Shown: in pieces, positions 24,586-38,532 of the stretch | Numbering within the stretch: position 1 is the stretch's first letter | Layout: each line of letters opens with the position of its first letter | NCBI RefSeq assembly: GCF_044704955.1 | Contig: NC_091988.1 | Span: forward strand, 95,914,001-95,978,000 | Direction: 5' to 3' | Length of the DNA: 64,000 nucleotides | From: Pristiophorus japonicus | Lineage: Eukaryota | Notes under the pieces: model-generated | What the model saw: only the letters and a program-made list of their open reading frames with translations | The model's database searches: none | Told to the model about the DNA's origin: nothing | Program-made: the position numbers and the translations under genes

Positions 24586-26789
24586 GTAAGGCTGTTGAGA
24601 CTGGTACAGAGTGGTATGGCCCCGGCATTCCATGCATCGTATCTCCTGCACTGCATCACACACACATGTTACAAATTCCAGCCCGCCATAGATACCTTCT
24701 CCAATTCAGCGGTGTCACTTATTCTCATAAGTAGATCCCTCAACCCTTATGTTTTAGAGTTGGCTAGCACTGCCTAATACTTATATAATTTTATACTTGC
24801 TGTCACCAGCACTTTTTTCTTTGTCTCTGTCTCCATCTCTCATCCACTTTTCTCTGTGTCTTTCTCCTCTATTTTCCTTTCACTCTCTCCTTACACTTCA
24901 CTCTACCTTCCGCCGTCTTGGGTTCTCTCCCTGTGCTTTTGGCTCTTCCCCTCCAATTACATTCTCTCCCTCATGCTTCTCACTCTCCCCACCCTCCCAC
25001 ACTTTGCATTCCCCCCCCCCCCCCATTTCTCTCCCCACTTTCACCCCCTTCAGCTGTTACTCACGTTCTCAATTCTTACTTTCCCCTTTATGCAAACTGC
25101 AACAGCACTTCACAGCCAAAGTCAGGTTCCAGATGATCAAGTTTGAAAGCTGTGGGTCATCAGGGGGAAATATTACCACCACATGCACCCTTCATTACCC
25201 CTTGTGAAATGAACATAATCAACTGCTTGCAATGGCCACATTCCACTAGTGGATTTACCAGGATATCCAGCAACATTCCGTGCACAACAGGGAGGAGAGC
25301 AGGTCTAGTGTAGAGCGATGTGGCCCCGGTGATGCATGCATCGTATCTCCTGCACTGGATCGCACACCAAGCTGTGACTGAGGCCCATTCATTCAGGACT
25401 CCCCAATACTGCATCACGTTATTGCTTATCAACTGCTCCCTGAAACTGACTTGCGCTATACTGCCTGCTGCTCACAGTGAGACTTGTGCATTGTCGCTGC
25501 ATATCTTGCACTTTGTCCTTTGCAACCCACCGAGACAGGCCTTGCACCTCACCAGTGATGCACACACTGAGCCATACAGACCAGAAGGTGGCCAGGTTCC
25601 ATCCATGATCTGTGCTGTTAGCTAGTCTCTGATGGAATGATAGTAAGAACATAAAAAATAGGAGCAGGACGAGGCCATACGGCCCCTCGAGCCTGTTCCA
25701 CCACTCAATAAGATCGTGGCTGATGTAGGTGCTGTACAATCGACCAATGCGGTATGGAAAGGAAAAATTAGCCAGGGTTCTCAGCCCAAGTGCTTTGACA
25801 TGCAGTGAGTGTAGCATGCTTTGGGGGGAAGATAGGGAAACTTTGGACCTAAGTTCACACAGCTCTCCAGCACTAACGTTTTTCTCTGTATTTATGGGTC
25901 TGCTGTAGACTAATTAGAAGAGAATGATAACTATGATTAGTCAGTAACTCCATTATCATTGTATCATGTGACTACCAGGATGGTAGAAGGTGAACCAGAT
26001 GGACCGTGGTCTGAATTGGTCGCCTAGCTCCTATGCTTTAGTGAGGACAGGATGAGGCTCAGCTCTGACATCGTCCACAGACAACTATCCTGCCAGCACT
26101 CACTATCCAGGAGATGGTTACCTGGAGAATGACCATTTGGGTGAGATGGTGGAGGGCTCCCAGCAAGAGTCGACATTGTCACTGGGCAGAGGTGGGGCAG
26201 GAATAAATAAAGTTTAGATATAGTGGCAGGGAATGACTTCATCCCTCCTGGTAATTTCTTACCTTGAATGTGCTGATGTTCATATTAAGTCTCCTTTTTA
26301 GTAGTTTTGTGAGTCACAAACAATAAAGTAAACCTGTCCCAAGAGATTACACGGCACCGGCTGGGGTGGGGAGTGTCTATATTGGGATACAAAGGACATC
26401 ACGGCTGGATGGACCAGAACTTCTTTACCTGTCCGTCATTCATCATATCTTCGTTTGTATGTACAATGTGTGCAGTGTAGGCAGTATTGGAAATCAGTTT
26501 AAAGGTTGGGTAGTAGTCCCAAATTTGTAGTGGTTTTGAAAATCCTGACAGTGTGGTTCCCCTGGGTTCCGAGTCTGTGCCACCCTCCTTCCAGCTTTAC
26601 TCCTACTGGTGATGTCATGGATCGGGCCAGCAGAGAGGAAGGTCTGCAGTCAGAAAGTTGTCCAAAAGGGTCAGAAGTTCTTGTAATTACTTTTTCTGTA
26701 AAACGAGGCAGTACTTTGAACAGAAGATACTCCCTCTGGACTATGCCTTAAGTCGTGGACCTCAGTATCTCATTTAAATACCCCTCTAG

Positions 26790-26905
26790 GGAGCTTTAGA
26801 ATTCCCACAGTGTTACTTTCTTGGTGGAGACAACAATGTACTGGCTGTGAACAGATCCGTCAATAACATCAACTCCCTGCAGAAGAAGAGACTGGATAAG
26901 GGAAG
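26790..26905 (+). CDS. THUMPD3: THUMPD3 coding exon 6
   Basis: Acceptor CTCTAG|, encodes GALEFPQCYFLGGDNNVLAVNRSVNNINSLQKKRLDKG(R), donor |GTAAGG; 116 nt. Confidence 0.93.
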
Positions 26906-28088
26906 GTAAGGACTCGTCCTGCTGCACACACTGCTCACTGAGTGCTCCCTTTGTGAGTGAATGAGATGTTAGTTAGAACTGATTGTACAATCAGTGTATG
27001 GTTTAGCTTCAAACCTCTGTTCCTGCCAAATTAAGCTTTTCCAGCTGTGATTTTTCAGTTAGTCTCCCCTCACCTGAAGACACTGCCAATTAGGGAGGAG
27101 GGAGAAATCAGCCAAGATTACAGCTCCTGATCACTGACCATTGATCTCAGTTATAAAACGGGTATGTCTGGCAAAGAGAGGTTTGTGCTCAGTTAGGATG
27201 CCCCCTGCCATGTGGCTAAGTGACCTGCCGACACTCACTGTCCAGGCTCATACATGAAGCCTGTCCCTTTGGATAAAGAGTGTGTGGGCGCACACGGACT
27301 GTACACGACACGGGTCAGTGTCTTCAGGAGAATCGGGTGCTCGGGTCAATTCTCTCCCCGTTTGCAGACTAGATTTTGGATAAGAAAACTAGGAAGATTC
27401 CTGGAACATTAATAACCATCAAACATCACGAGTCAGGAACTGTAATTATTTTTCATTCAGAAATCTCAGTTTAAAAACCCATACTGCAGGACATCACTAA
27501 GGTGGAAAAGACTAGGAGAGAAGGTGAGATGAATTGGATCGGGACAAGCCTGGTTGTTAAGTGCCTGTAGCGCTATAGTATTGTGCTACCTGAGTGTTCA
27601 GACATTATTGAGTCCCGGCCTGTGTGTCCAGTTATAAGAATTGTTCGCCCCCCCCCCCCCCCCCCCACCCCTTTGTAATGGCTATACAGACCAGCTGATT
27701 CCCAGATTCATTCCCAGATTTCTGCTGAGTTGGCTGTTCTCAGCTGGGATGGTGGTCAGGGCAGTGCATTGGACCTAAGCACCCTGGGGTCAGGAGAGGA
27801 AAAACAACCAGGGTTCCTGCTCCTGATGCCTGTCCAATGGCACCCATAACTGGATATCCTGTCAGTACTCGCTGTCTGAGCTCTCACCTGAAGGACGCAC
27901 CCTTGGGTGTGAGGTACTGTAGGGCACCTTGCAACTGTGGAAATATACTCCCAATATGAGCAGCATGTTCGGGGAGGGAGTAGGGGCAGATGTAAGAAAA
28001 GCATCCTTGTTGTGATGGAGGCCAGCCAAATTGTGGCCTCACTTAAAGTCCATTCTTTTACTGAATTGTGTTTTATTGTGCATTGCAG

Positions 28089-28196
28089 AACTAACTGGGG
28101 CATATCACTAGATGTTATTCAGTGGGACATCTGTAAACTTCCCCTGAAGACCAGTTCTGTAGATGTAATTATATCAGATATGCCTTTTGGAAAGAG
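28089..28196 (+). CDS. THUMPD3: THUMPD3 coding exon 7
   Basis: Acceptor TTGCAG|, encodes TNWGISLDVIQWDICKLPLKTSSVDVIISDMPFGK(R), donor |GTAAGA; 108 nt. DMPFG is the catalytic-type motif. Confidence 0.95.
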
Positions 28197-28634
28197 GTAA
28201 GACACTGTACTGTGAAATTAATTTGTCAATCACCAGAAACAACAGCTGATCATTCATCTCCTTGCTGTTTACGGGATCATCTTTTGAGCAAAATTGGTTG
28301 CCCCGTGTGCTTACATAACAGTCATTACACTTCAAAACAATACAGTACATTGCAAAATGCTTTGACACATTTCAGAGATGTGATAAGGTGTTCTCCTCTT
28401 GGGTTGTCTGACTCTGGCCTTCTGTGTATTCTTCCCACCATCAGTGACAGAGCATTCAACTGCTCCCTCCCAAAATCCCTCCACCTCTTAAAAAATATAC
28501 TTAAAACTCTTTTCGACCAAGTTTTCAGTCACCCCTCCCAAGCTCCCCGATTCTCAATATACTTCCACTTGTGAAGCATCTTGCTACCTTCTTTGTGCTA
28601 TAAGTGCTATGTAAAGTTGTTGATATCAAGAGAC

Positions 28635-29062
28635 AGACAGAACTTACATTTATATAGCGTCTTTTGCGACCTCGGAATGTCCCAAAGCAATTTACAGCCA
28701 AAGTGTAATCATTGTTATAATGTAGCAAACGCAGCAGCCAATTTGTGTACAGCAAGGTCCCACAAAAAGCAATGTGATAATGACCAGATAATCTGTTTTA
28801 ATTATGTTGGTTGAGGGGTAAGTATTGGCCAGGACACGGGGGAGAACTCCCGTGCTCTTCGAAATAGTGTCATGGATCTTTTATATCTACCTGAGAAGGC
28901 AGGCGGGGTCTTGGTTTAACATCTCATCCAAAAGACGGCACCTCCGACAGTGCTCCCTCAGTGTCAACCTAGTGTCACTGGAATGTCAGCCTAGATTACG
29001 TACTAAAGTCTCCGGAGTGGGAATTGAACCCACAACCATCTGACTCTGAGGCAAGGGTGACA
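28635..29062 (-). mobile_element. Deu-core SINE
   Basis: Reverse-complement SINE core and tRNA head. Confidence 0.78.
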
Positions 29063-29829
29063 CACTTAATGTTGGTATCTGTTCCATACTTTTCATAATT
29101 GCCATTTATGCCTCAATCTCATTTTCTTAGTGTACTGATAAGTAACATTCTGGATTTATGCACCTTATACCATTTGACGTTTTATATATCTCAAGAGGTC
29201 CCCTCCCCCTTAAACCACTTTGGTCTAAATCTTAAGGTTCTCTAATCTCAGTTTATCCATTTTACAGTAGGGGGCATTCTTCATTCTGTAGTCCTAAGCC
29301 CAAAAGAGTACTCTGTGTGGACTGACCAGTGACAAGTCTCCAGCCTTGCACTGCACTTGGTTGGCTGTTATTTCAGCTGTTGCTAACCTAGGTGACAAAC
29401 AGTGTATTCTCAGCTCTGGAATGAATTTGGATTCAAACGTGTAGCTGATTTTGTTTAATTTCAGAGTCCATTTGTGAATCTGCTACCACAGGATACAGCT
29501 GAACTGTAGACTGCTGGCAGGTTCAGTGAAACCTCTGTCTCCGACTGGTTTTGCTTTCCCCCACTCCTGCACTGTAAAACTGAAATAAGCACTAATATTA
29601 CAATGAAAACCTGGATCTGAAAGATTCCATGGAGTGATAGTATCACCCAAATTAGGTAGTGCTGTTGCCAGGTAGATTAGCCATCAGCCCCAATTGGCCC
29701 AGATGAGGAAATGAGCTCACGGCGTTCAGAAGGTTAAAGCCCAGCTTCACTCCTGAGTGGGCCGTCTCCATTTTATAGTTTTAAGAAGCACCCAACTGTT
29801 AAATCCTCAGTGAGGCTGCTGTACTCCTG

Positions 29830-30235
29830 AAAAATCCAAGATCGGGGAACTACAGACCAGTTAGCCTGACATCAGTAAGTAGGGAAAATGCTAGAATCTA
29901 TTATTAAGGACGTGGTAACAGAGCACTTAGAAAATAATAAGATTGGGCAGAGTCATTACGGATTTATGAGAGGGAAATCATGTTTGACAAATCTGTTAAG
30001 AATTTTTTGAGGTTGCAACTACAGAATAGATAAGGGAGAACCAGTGGATGTGATGTATTTGGATTTTCAGAAGGTATTCAATAAGATGCCACACAAGAGG
30101 TTATTAAACAAAATTAGGGCTCATGGAATTGGGGGTAATCTGTTAGCATGGATTGAGCATTGATAACGGACAGAAAACAGAGAGTAGGAATAAATGGGTC
30201 ATTTTCAGGTTGGCAGGCTGTAACTAGTGGGGTTA
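29830..30235 (+). mobile_element. CR1 RT fragment
   Basis: Degenerate NYRPVSLTS and YLDFQK coding sequence. Confidence 0.8.
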
Positions 30236-30244
30236 CCTAGATCC

Positions 30245-33200
30245 ACAAGGTTCTTGGTTGAGGGGCAATGATACCTTACCCTTAAATGAAGTCACCCCAC
30301 CTGGCATTACTTTCCAACACTTGCCCCGCTCAGACCTCCTTATTGGCAGTGTGATTTTCATCAGCAAATCATCTTGGTCTGTCCCCTACTCCTCCGGCAC
30401 TTTCTCCTCCTTTCAGTATCTCACCTTATTCCACCCCTCTCACCTCTCATTTAAAATTCTCGTTCTCTCCCGCCCACCCAAGTATGATAAAAATGTTATA
30501 ACCGATATTTCTTCACTACTGTCCTCCCTCAGCCTCTGCACCAAGTGACTTCTCATCCTTGGGGATTTCAACCTCCATCTCAATTCGTCATGCGCTCTCC
30601 TCTAAGATCATTACCCTACAATCCTCCCTTAATTTCTCCCTCCATGAAAATTCCCCAACCCATATTCATGGCCACCCCCTCGACCTTACCATCTCGTGTG
30701 GCCTTGCTACTCCCATCATATCAGTCGCAGATAAGGCCATTTCTGACCACTTCCTCGTATCGTTCTCCACCCGCATCCCCCTTCCAACCTGCGCCTACCT
30801 CCTTCTGTGTCTGCCCCTGGAAAAAAACCTCTCCCGATTCTCTTAGAACGGCACTGATCAACTCCCAGCTGTCCAGCCTCTGGTCCTCCATTCACCATGA
30901 CATTTCTGCAGCTACCAATCTGCTCAATCACACCCTCACCACCACCTCTGATGCCCTAGTCCTTGTTAAAACCATTACTCTCCCTCACCCCTGCCATTCC
31001 CCCGGTACAGCCCTGATCTTCGCTCCCTTAAGTCCAAGGGACGCAGACTTGAACGGCTATGTTGGACGACTGCTTTAGCCATTCACCGCCAGATCTGGCT
31101 GGACCACATAAAGCACTATCGGGTCCTACTCTCGTCTGCCAAAATCGTTCACTATTCCAGAATCATTCTGAAATGTAAAGATAAACCCCGGCTTCTATTC
31201 TCCAGTTAACCGTCTTTTTAAACCCCTCTCCCCAGTCACCACCCTCACCTCTGACAATAAATGTGAGGAGCTCATGGACTTCTTTGTCTCTTAAGATTGA
31301 GATCACCCATTTGGCCGCCTCTGCCTCTTGCTTTCCTGCTCGTAGCCCACCAGGTCAAACTTCCTCTAAGGATCTCCCCTACCCTAGCCTTGACCTCACA
31401 TCTTTCTCCAGTTTCTCTCCGATCTCCCCTCATGACCTTTCCGAGCTCATCCTGTCCATGAGACCCACTTCCTGCTCCCTTGACCCTATTCCCATCAAAC
31501 TGCTGACCACCCAACTTCCTTTTCTGGCTTCCATATTAGCTGATATTGTTAATGGTTCTCTCTCCTAAGGTACCACATTTGGAAAGCAGTGACAGGATCG
31601 GTCCAAGTCAGCATGGATTTATGAAAGGGAAATCATGCTTGACAAATCTTCTAGAATTTTTTGATGATGTAACTAGTAGAGTGGACAAGGGGGAGCCAGT
31701 GGATGTGGTATATTTAGACTTTCAAAAGACTTTTGTCAAGGTCCCACATAAGAGATTAGTGTGCAAAATTAAGGCACATGTTATTGGGTGTAATGTATTG
31801 ATGTGGATAGACAACTGGTTGGCAGACAGGAAGCAAAGAGTGGGAATAAACAGGTCCTTTTCAGAATGGCAGGCAGTGACTAGTGGGGTGCCGCAGGGTT
31901 CAGTGCTGGGACCCTAGCTATTTACAATATACATTAATGATTTGGATGAAGGAATTGAATGTAATATCTTCACGTTTGCAGATGATACTAAGCTGGGTGG
32001 CAGTGTGAGCTGTGAGGAGGATGCCAGGAGGCTGCAGGGTGACTTGGACAGGTTAGGTGAGTGGGCAAATGCATGGCAGATGCAGTATAATGTGGATAAG
32101 TGTGAGGTTATCCACTTTGGTTGCAAAAACAGGAAGGCATATTATTATCTGAATGATGACAGATTAGTAAAAGGGGAGGTGCAACGATATCTGGGTGTCA
32201 TGGTACATCAGTCATTGAAGGTAGGCATGCAGCTACAGCAGGCAGTAAAGGCGGCAAATGGCATGCTGGCCTTCATAGCGAAGGGATTTGAGTATAGGAG
32301 CAGGGAGGTCTTATTGCAGTTGTACAGGGCCTTCGTGAGACCACACCTTGAGTATTGTGTGCGATTTTGGTCTCCTAATCTGAGGAGACCAAATTCTTGC
32401 TATTGAGGGAGTGAAGCGAAGGTTCACCAGACTGATTCCTGGGATAGCAGGACTGACGTATGAAGAAAGACTGGATCGACTAGGCTTATATTCATTGGAA
32501 TTTAGAAGAATGAGAAGGGATCTCAGAGAAACATATAAAATTCTGACGGGATTGGACAGGTTAGATGCAGGAAGAATGTTCTCGATGTTGGGGAAGTCCA
32601 GAACCAGGGGTTACAATCTAAGGATAAGGGATAAGCCATTTAGGACCGAGATGAGGAGAAACTTCTTCACTCAGAGAATTGTGAACCTATGGAATTCTCT
32701 ACCACAGAAAGTTGTTGAGGTCAGTTCGTTAGATATAATCAAAAGGGAGTTAGATGTGGCCCTTACAGCTAAAGGGATCAAAGTGTATGGAGAAAAAACA
32801 AGAATGCGTACTGAAGTTGCATGATCAGCCATGATCATTTTGAATGCTCGAAGGGCCGAATGGCCTACTCCTGCACCTACTCTCCCCCCTCCCTCAAATC
32901 TGCCGTCGTCACCTCTCTCCTCAAAAAAACAACCCTCGACCCCTCCATCCTTGTAAACTACCGGCCCATCTCCAACCTCCCATTCCTCTCAAAAGTCCTT
33001 GAACGTGTTGTCGCCTCCCAAATCCGTGCCCATCTTTCCCACAATTCCATGTTTGAATCCCTCCAATTCAGTTTCCGCGCCTGCCACAGTACCGAAACGG
33101 TTCTCATCAAAGTCACAAATTACATCCTTTGTGACTGTGACAAAGGCAAACTATCCCTCCTCGTCCTTCTTGACTTGTCTGCAGCCTTTGACACGGTTGA

Positions 33201-33660
33201 CCCCTCCATCCTTCTCCGATGCCTCTCCATCGTCGTCCAGCTGGGTGGGACTGCACTCACCTGGTTCCATTCTTAGCTATCTAATCATAGCCAGAGAATC
33301 ACCTTCAATGACTTCTCTTGCTCCCGTATCATTACCTCTGGTGTTCCCCCAAGAATCTATCTTTGGCCCCCTCCTATTTCTCATCAACATGTTGCCCCTT
33401 GGCGACATCATTCGAAAACACGGTGTCAGTTTATACATGTACGCTGATGACACCCAGCTCTACCTCACTACCACTTCTTCACGGCCTCCAGATTGTCAGA
33501 CTGCTTGTCTGACATCCAGTTCTGGATGAGCAGAATTTTTCTCCAATTGAATATTGGGAAGACTGAAGCCATTGTTTTCAGTCCCCGCCACAAACTCCAT
33601 TCTCTAGTCACTGACTCCATCCCTCTCCCCAACTTCTGTCTAAGGCTGAATCAGACTGAC
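30245..33660 (+). mobile_element. L2 LINE ORF2 (endonuclease to RT), degenerate, with a nested CR1 at ~31574-32880
   Basis: L2 peptides THIHGHPLDL, SDHFLV, SCSLDPIP, NYRPISNLPFLSKVLE, LLDLSAAFDTVD and YADDTQLY. The L2 sequence resumes after the CR1 tail. Confidence 0.85.
31574..32880 (+). mobile_element. CR1 RT and 3' end nested in L2
   Basis: QHGFMKGKSCLTNLLEFF, GVPQGSVLGP, FADD and RPHLEYC, followed by a CR1 3' UTR. Confidence 0.9.
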
Positions 33661-34683
33661 TTATGTTCTTATCTTGGGGGTGGTGGTGAACCTGTAGTTC
33701 TATTTGTGATGTCCCTTGAAAGAAAGACCTGGCATTAAACTGGAGACCTACTCTTTTTATTATTTATTCGCGGGATGTGGGCATCACTAACAAGGCCAAC
33801 AGTGTGCATTGCCCCTTCCTAGTTGTCCAGAGAAGGTGGTGATGGGCTTTTTTGAGTGGCAGCAGCGGTCTGTGTGGTGAAGGTGCTAACTTCAAGCATT
33901 GCCCTTCCCAGTTTCATACCAGCATGGCCGCCAGTCCCTATTGGCTCGCCAATAAAAAAGAGACTTGCATCTTACACTGCCTCCCACGGTAGCTCTCAGG
34001 AGTCACAGAAAGCTGGGTCCTGGTTGCTGTCTGAGGTGTGGAGAGCACCTCCTTTATGTAGCAGCAGAGTAATACTCACCTGCTGCTGGCATTGAATTCA
34101 GTCAGCAAGCACCTACTCTGGCATCATATCCATAGCATTCCTAAGTGTGATCTGGAGCTGGACTGATTCACGTGTCACACCCAGAAAGATTTCTGGTCCT
34201 GTTTCTGTTGACCGTGTTTATTTATGACTGATGTCATTTAATTATGGCCACTGGCCTTGACCCAGTAGGAGCTGGAACACTCTATAACCGATGGCTCAGC
34301 TGGTTACAGACCATGAAGGCCTTGGGTTTGGCTCTGGTCTGTGCTGAATTTAGCTGCTCTCAGCTAGTACAGTGGTAACCTATGGTCTAGGGAGAAGAAA
34401 ATGAGCCAGGGTCTCCGCTTCTGATTGCTATCCAGTGACTCCTGTTGGAAAGTGTGTTCATGGACATTGGGTGAGGTAAGATTGGGCTTGACTCTGATAT
34501 CCCCCATCGTCAAACAGGCTTCTAATATTCACTGGGCTCACATGAAAAATGGCCATTTTGGTGAAATACTTGAGCCGTCCGCGGAAATGTATTCTAAGCT
34601 TGAGTTGTTGTCTTTGGGGGAGGGGAGAGGAAAACATTTTAGAAAGCAATCAACATTTTCTGAACTTTATTGAATGAAACCAG

Positions 34684-34807
34684 GATAGGCTCCAGGAGAA
34701 AAAACTGGGACCTGTATCCAGCCTGCCTGAAGGAAATGGGGCGTGTGTGCAGACCAGAGACTGGCAGAGCTGCTCTTCTAACGCAGGACAAGAAATGCTT
34801 CGTAAAG
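34684..34807 (+). CDS. THUMPD3: THUMPD3 coding exon 8
   Basis: Acceptor AACCAG|, encodes IGSRRKNWDLYPACLKEMGRVCRPETGRAALLTQDKKCFVK, donor |GTAAGA; 124 nt. Confidence 0.95.
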
Positions 34808-35699
34808 GTAAGAAGATGCCTGCATTCCTGGGATTGTCCCGTCGTGCTGGGACACCGAGCTCCTGATGAAACCACGTGAGATGCTGGTGTGGTGCAGGCT
34901 GCACAGTGAAATGTGAGTGTAGCCTGCTAAGCTGAGACTGTGTAGCGATCAACGACTACTCGCTTAATTGATGTCCTGGCATCCGTTTGCAAATTCCTCA
35001 ATATAATCCAGTGCTTAATTTGGAGTTCCTGAGGTGCCTCCAAGTAAGGTTGCCAATTAGTGTCGATATTGGAGTGTTTTTTTTCCTGGCCCACTAGAAC
35101 CTTGATTGAGACGGCACCTTACGTAGGGCCTTTGCAGCCAGCAGATTGGTCCTAGGGATGTATGTCCGTGTAAAAGGTTGCTGAAACGTGTGTGTGTGAT
35201 GCTGACGATCAAATGCTGAAATCTGTTTAAATCAATTACCCGGCTCTCTGTTTTGTTATCCATTATATCGTATTAAGTTTACAGAGCAGTTCCCAACCCC
35301 CCCACCCCCCCCGGTCCAGACTGGTGACACACTGAGCCGATCCTGGAAATTGCATCTCATGATGCCACTCTAAACCATGACAGGTTTTCCATTTCTCCCG
35401 ATTGTTCCCGATGTCACAAAGCCGCTGTGGGGAGGTGGCCTCCTCCGGTGACAGTAGCCTAGAGACAAATCTTCTACCAGTTTTTCCTGCCCCTCACACC
35501 ACCATGGCGCTGTCTATTGCTTAAGATCTGGAATGGTGGGCAAAGGCTAGAGGGCATGAACCCATTGTTCTGTCCTCACCCATCGATGCAGCACTGTCAA
35601 TGGTGATTATTGCCATGGTAACACTTTAATACAGCCCATTGAGTTGGATCGGGGTAGCATGCAGTAACTACCCCAGAGACTGCTAAATGCACCACCTAT

Positions 35700-36378
35700 T
35701 CATCATCATCATCGGAATCAAAGAAGACTTGCTTCCACTCTTAAAATGAGTCCTTAGGTGGCTGAACAGCCCAATATGGGATCCACAGTCCCTGTCACAG
35801 GTGGGACAGATAGTTGTTGGGGGAAAGGGTGGGTGGGGTTGGTTTGCTGCACGCTCTTTCCGCTGCCTGTGCTTGATTTCTGTACGCTCTCGGCGACAAG
35901 ACTCGAGGTGCTCAGTGCTCTCCCGGATGAACTTCCTTCACTTAGGGAGGTCTTTGGCCAGGAACTCCCAGGTGTCAGTGGGGATGTTGCACTTTATCAG
36001 GGAAGCTTTGAGGGTGTCCTTGTAACGTTTCCTCTGCCTACCTTTGGCTCATTTGCCGTGAAGGAGTTCTAAGTAGAGCGCTTGCTTTGGGAGTCTCGTG
36101 TCTGGCATGCGGACAATGTGGCCTGCCCAGTGGAGCTGATCGAGTGTGGTCAGTTCTTCAATGCTCGGGATGTTGGATTTGCAGGATCTTGCGGAGACAT
36201 CGTTGGTGGTATTTCTCCAGCGACTTTGAGATGTCTACTCTACATGGTCCATGTCTCTGAGCCATACAAGAGGGCGGGTAGTACTACAGCCCTGTAGACC
36301 ATGAGCTTGGTGGCAGTTTTGAGGGCCTGGTCTTCAAACACACTTTTCCTCAGGCGGCCGAAGGCTGCACTGGCGCTC
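35700..36378 (-). mobile_element. RTE-clade LINE 3' fragment
   Basis: Minus strand encodes SAAFGRLRK...TKLMVYRAVVLPALLYGSETWT...RCLRKIL (RTE RT C-terminus); (CAT)n tail. Confidence 0.85.
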
Positions 36379-36807
36379 TACAGAGACCACATGCTCCATC
36401 TTAGCGTAGGCCGTGGTTGGGGCACAATAATAGCATGAGTGTCTCTCTTTTTGGCTTTTGATAACTATAAGCATCCCCTGTTGGAAATGGGTGTATGTGG
36501 GGAGCGCTGACGATAGGTTTGTGCTTGGTTGTGATTAGCCTGACAGGACTTGATATCTAAAATCATGTAGAAAGAATGGGCGCTTGACCAAGGTACCAGA
36601 GGGTGACTGGCACCCATGGAACCGTATTTCAGCACGAGTCAGTACCACTCCATGCTGAGCCAGGGTTGGAAGCAGTTCTGGTCGTAACCAACTTTTCTGT
36701 AAGTATAATTTATTGTGAGCCCAGGACATGCATTACCTGAATATACAGGGTCTAAGATCCTTCTACAGCCTCAGAACTTAAAACTTCTTTTCAATTTCTT
36801 ATTGTAG

Positions 36808-36990
36808 GCCATGTCGAGAATGGGCCACCTCTGGAAGAAGTCTCACACTGTCTGGGTGAACGTGGGCGGGCTCCATGCTGCTGTCTACCTGCTGAAACGC
36901 ACCGGTCTTTCCTTTGACAAGTTATTTAAGACACCCCAAGAACCTGCTCATAGTGAGGAGATTCCCTGTAAAACGGGGGCAGAAGAATAA
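36808..36990 (+). CDS. THUMPD3: THUMPD3 last coding exon (stop TAA)
   Basis: Acceptor TTGTAG|, encodes AMSRMGHLWKKSHTVWVNVGGLHAAVYLLKRT...GAEE*. The summed CDS is 1638 nt (545 aa) with consistent phases. Confidence 0.95.
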   Translation, partial: AMSRMGHLWKKSHTVWVNVGGLHAAVYLLKRTGLSFDKLFKTPQEPAHSEEIPCKTGAEE

Positions 36991-38526
36991 GAGGAGCTGG
37001 GCGTGTATACTCCCAAGGGAAAACATTTGTGTGGGATAAATACGAGCCATGTTGGAAAGAGAGGGGGAACAGTCCTTGAACTCTGTTGCTGTCATTTTGT
37101 ACGTCCGATGGAACAGAATGGGGAGGAGATTTATCCTTTCTCCAGTTGACCATGGGTACCATTTTCAGACTTCTCGAGCCTCGCTTTGGCTGAAGAAGGC
37201 AGAGTGACGGTGAACAGCATTACATGGGCAAACACTTCTGAGAAATCAGAGGAGAGGGAGAGAGCAGTTTGAGGAGATTCCATCCTCAGTAACACTGGAT
37301 ATGAACATCCAACTCTAGGAAACAACTGAGACCCTCTCCATTGTCAGTTACATCCATGTCTTGCAATAGAACCAGTGCTGGCCTTTGGTGAGCGTTTCCC
37401 AAGGTGGATTGTTAGTATTTGTTAGATTTACAGGGCTGAGAAAAATTGGGGCCACAAACAGTGAGCAGAATTTTTCCTTCAAATGAACCAAAGCCAACAA
37501 CACTCTGCACTTCAGTTCAAAAATTCCCTGTTCTGGCCTCTGTTTAAAACTCTGGAATTCTTGCTGTTTTTGCTGTAAGTTAACAGTCAATGTTAAACGT
37601 TCAGTTTTTTGGGTTGCCCTATTATAATAGGGAGTAGAAGGTAAATGTTTGATAATTGTTCATTCTTTCCCCTTTGACTTTGTTGCATTTTTCCACCAAG
37701 ATTTCCTTTCCCCGAACCCCACCACCGCCACAGTCCTTGGCTCTGATATCTTAGTTTATAAATGCGCCACCCAGTACGGTAATGGTGCATACAAACCAGG
37801 AGTGCTCCCCGTTCAATGCCTGGATGGTGCTCCTCCAGTTCCCCTCGTCACTCCTGGATTAAGTACGTGGGGGAGAGGAAATGTGTCAGGGTTTCCCCTC
37901 CTCATCACTATCCAGTAACCCTTGCTGTAAAGAGCAAGTGTGGCTGATATTTTCCTACATTTGAATAGCCTGCCATCATTCGCTGGTTGTGTTCACACGG
38001 GAAGAATGGCACTGGAAGCAGCCGTCTGTCTGGCCTGCATTTGACCCATGTCCCAGAGAGATAAAAGGCACTCCACTGCCCAGTCCCCAGTATTGAGAGT
38101 TGGAGAGAAGTGAAGTGGGGAAACTCCCACATCGTCCCTGGTGTTTCACCGATTCTAATACTCGCATTTATATGGTGCCTTATCACATCGAAACATCTGA
38201 GTGCTTCACACAACTAATTGCTGTTTGTACTGCTCATGATGTATATAGGCTTGTCTTCGATTTGAGTCATCCTATGGACCCTGCTGCGTAGTGAGAGGCA
38301 GTGTATGCAGGATGCCTTGTCTTCAGTTTGAAGATTGAAGACTACCTACAAGCTGACATTGTTCTTTTCACTCCTGCAACAGGGCTAAAATACATTTAAA
38401 TTGGTTACATGAAAGTGAGACTTTGCCCAGTGTTTTGATGCGCTGAGAGGGGTCGGCGAGAGCGTGGCTGAACTCAAATACATGAGTACATTTTGATTTA
38501 CTTTAACATTATTATTTAAATTTTAC

Positions 38527-38532
38527 AATAAA
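38527..38532 (+). terminator. Probable THUMPD3 polyadenylation signal
   Basis: AATAAA about 1.5 kb after the stop codon, preceded by an AT-rich tract and followed by GT-rich sequence. Confidence 0.55.
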
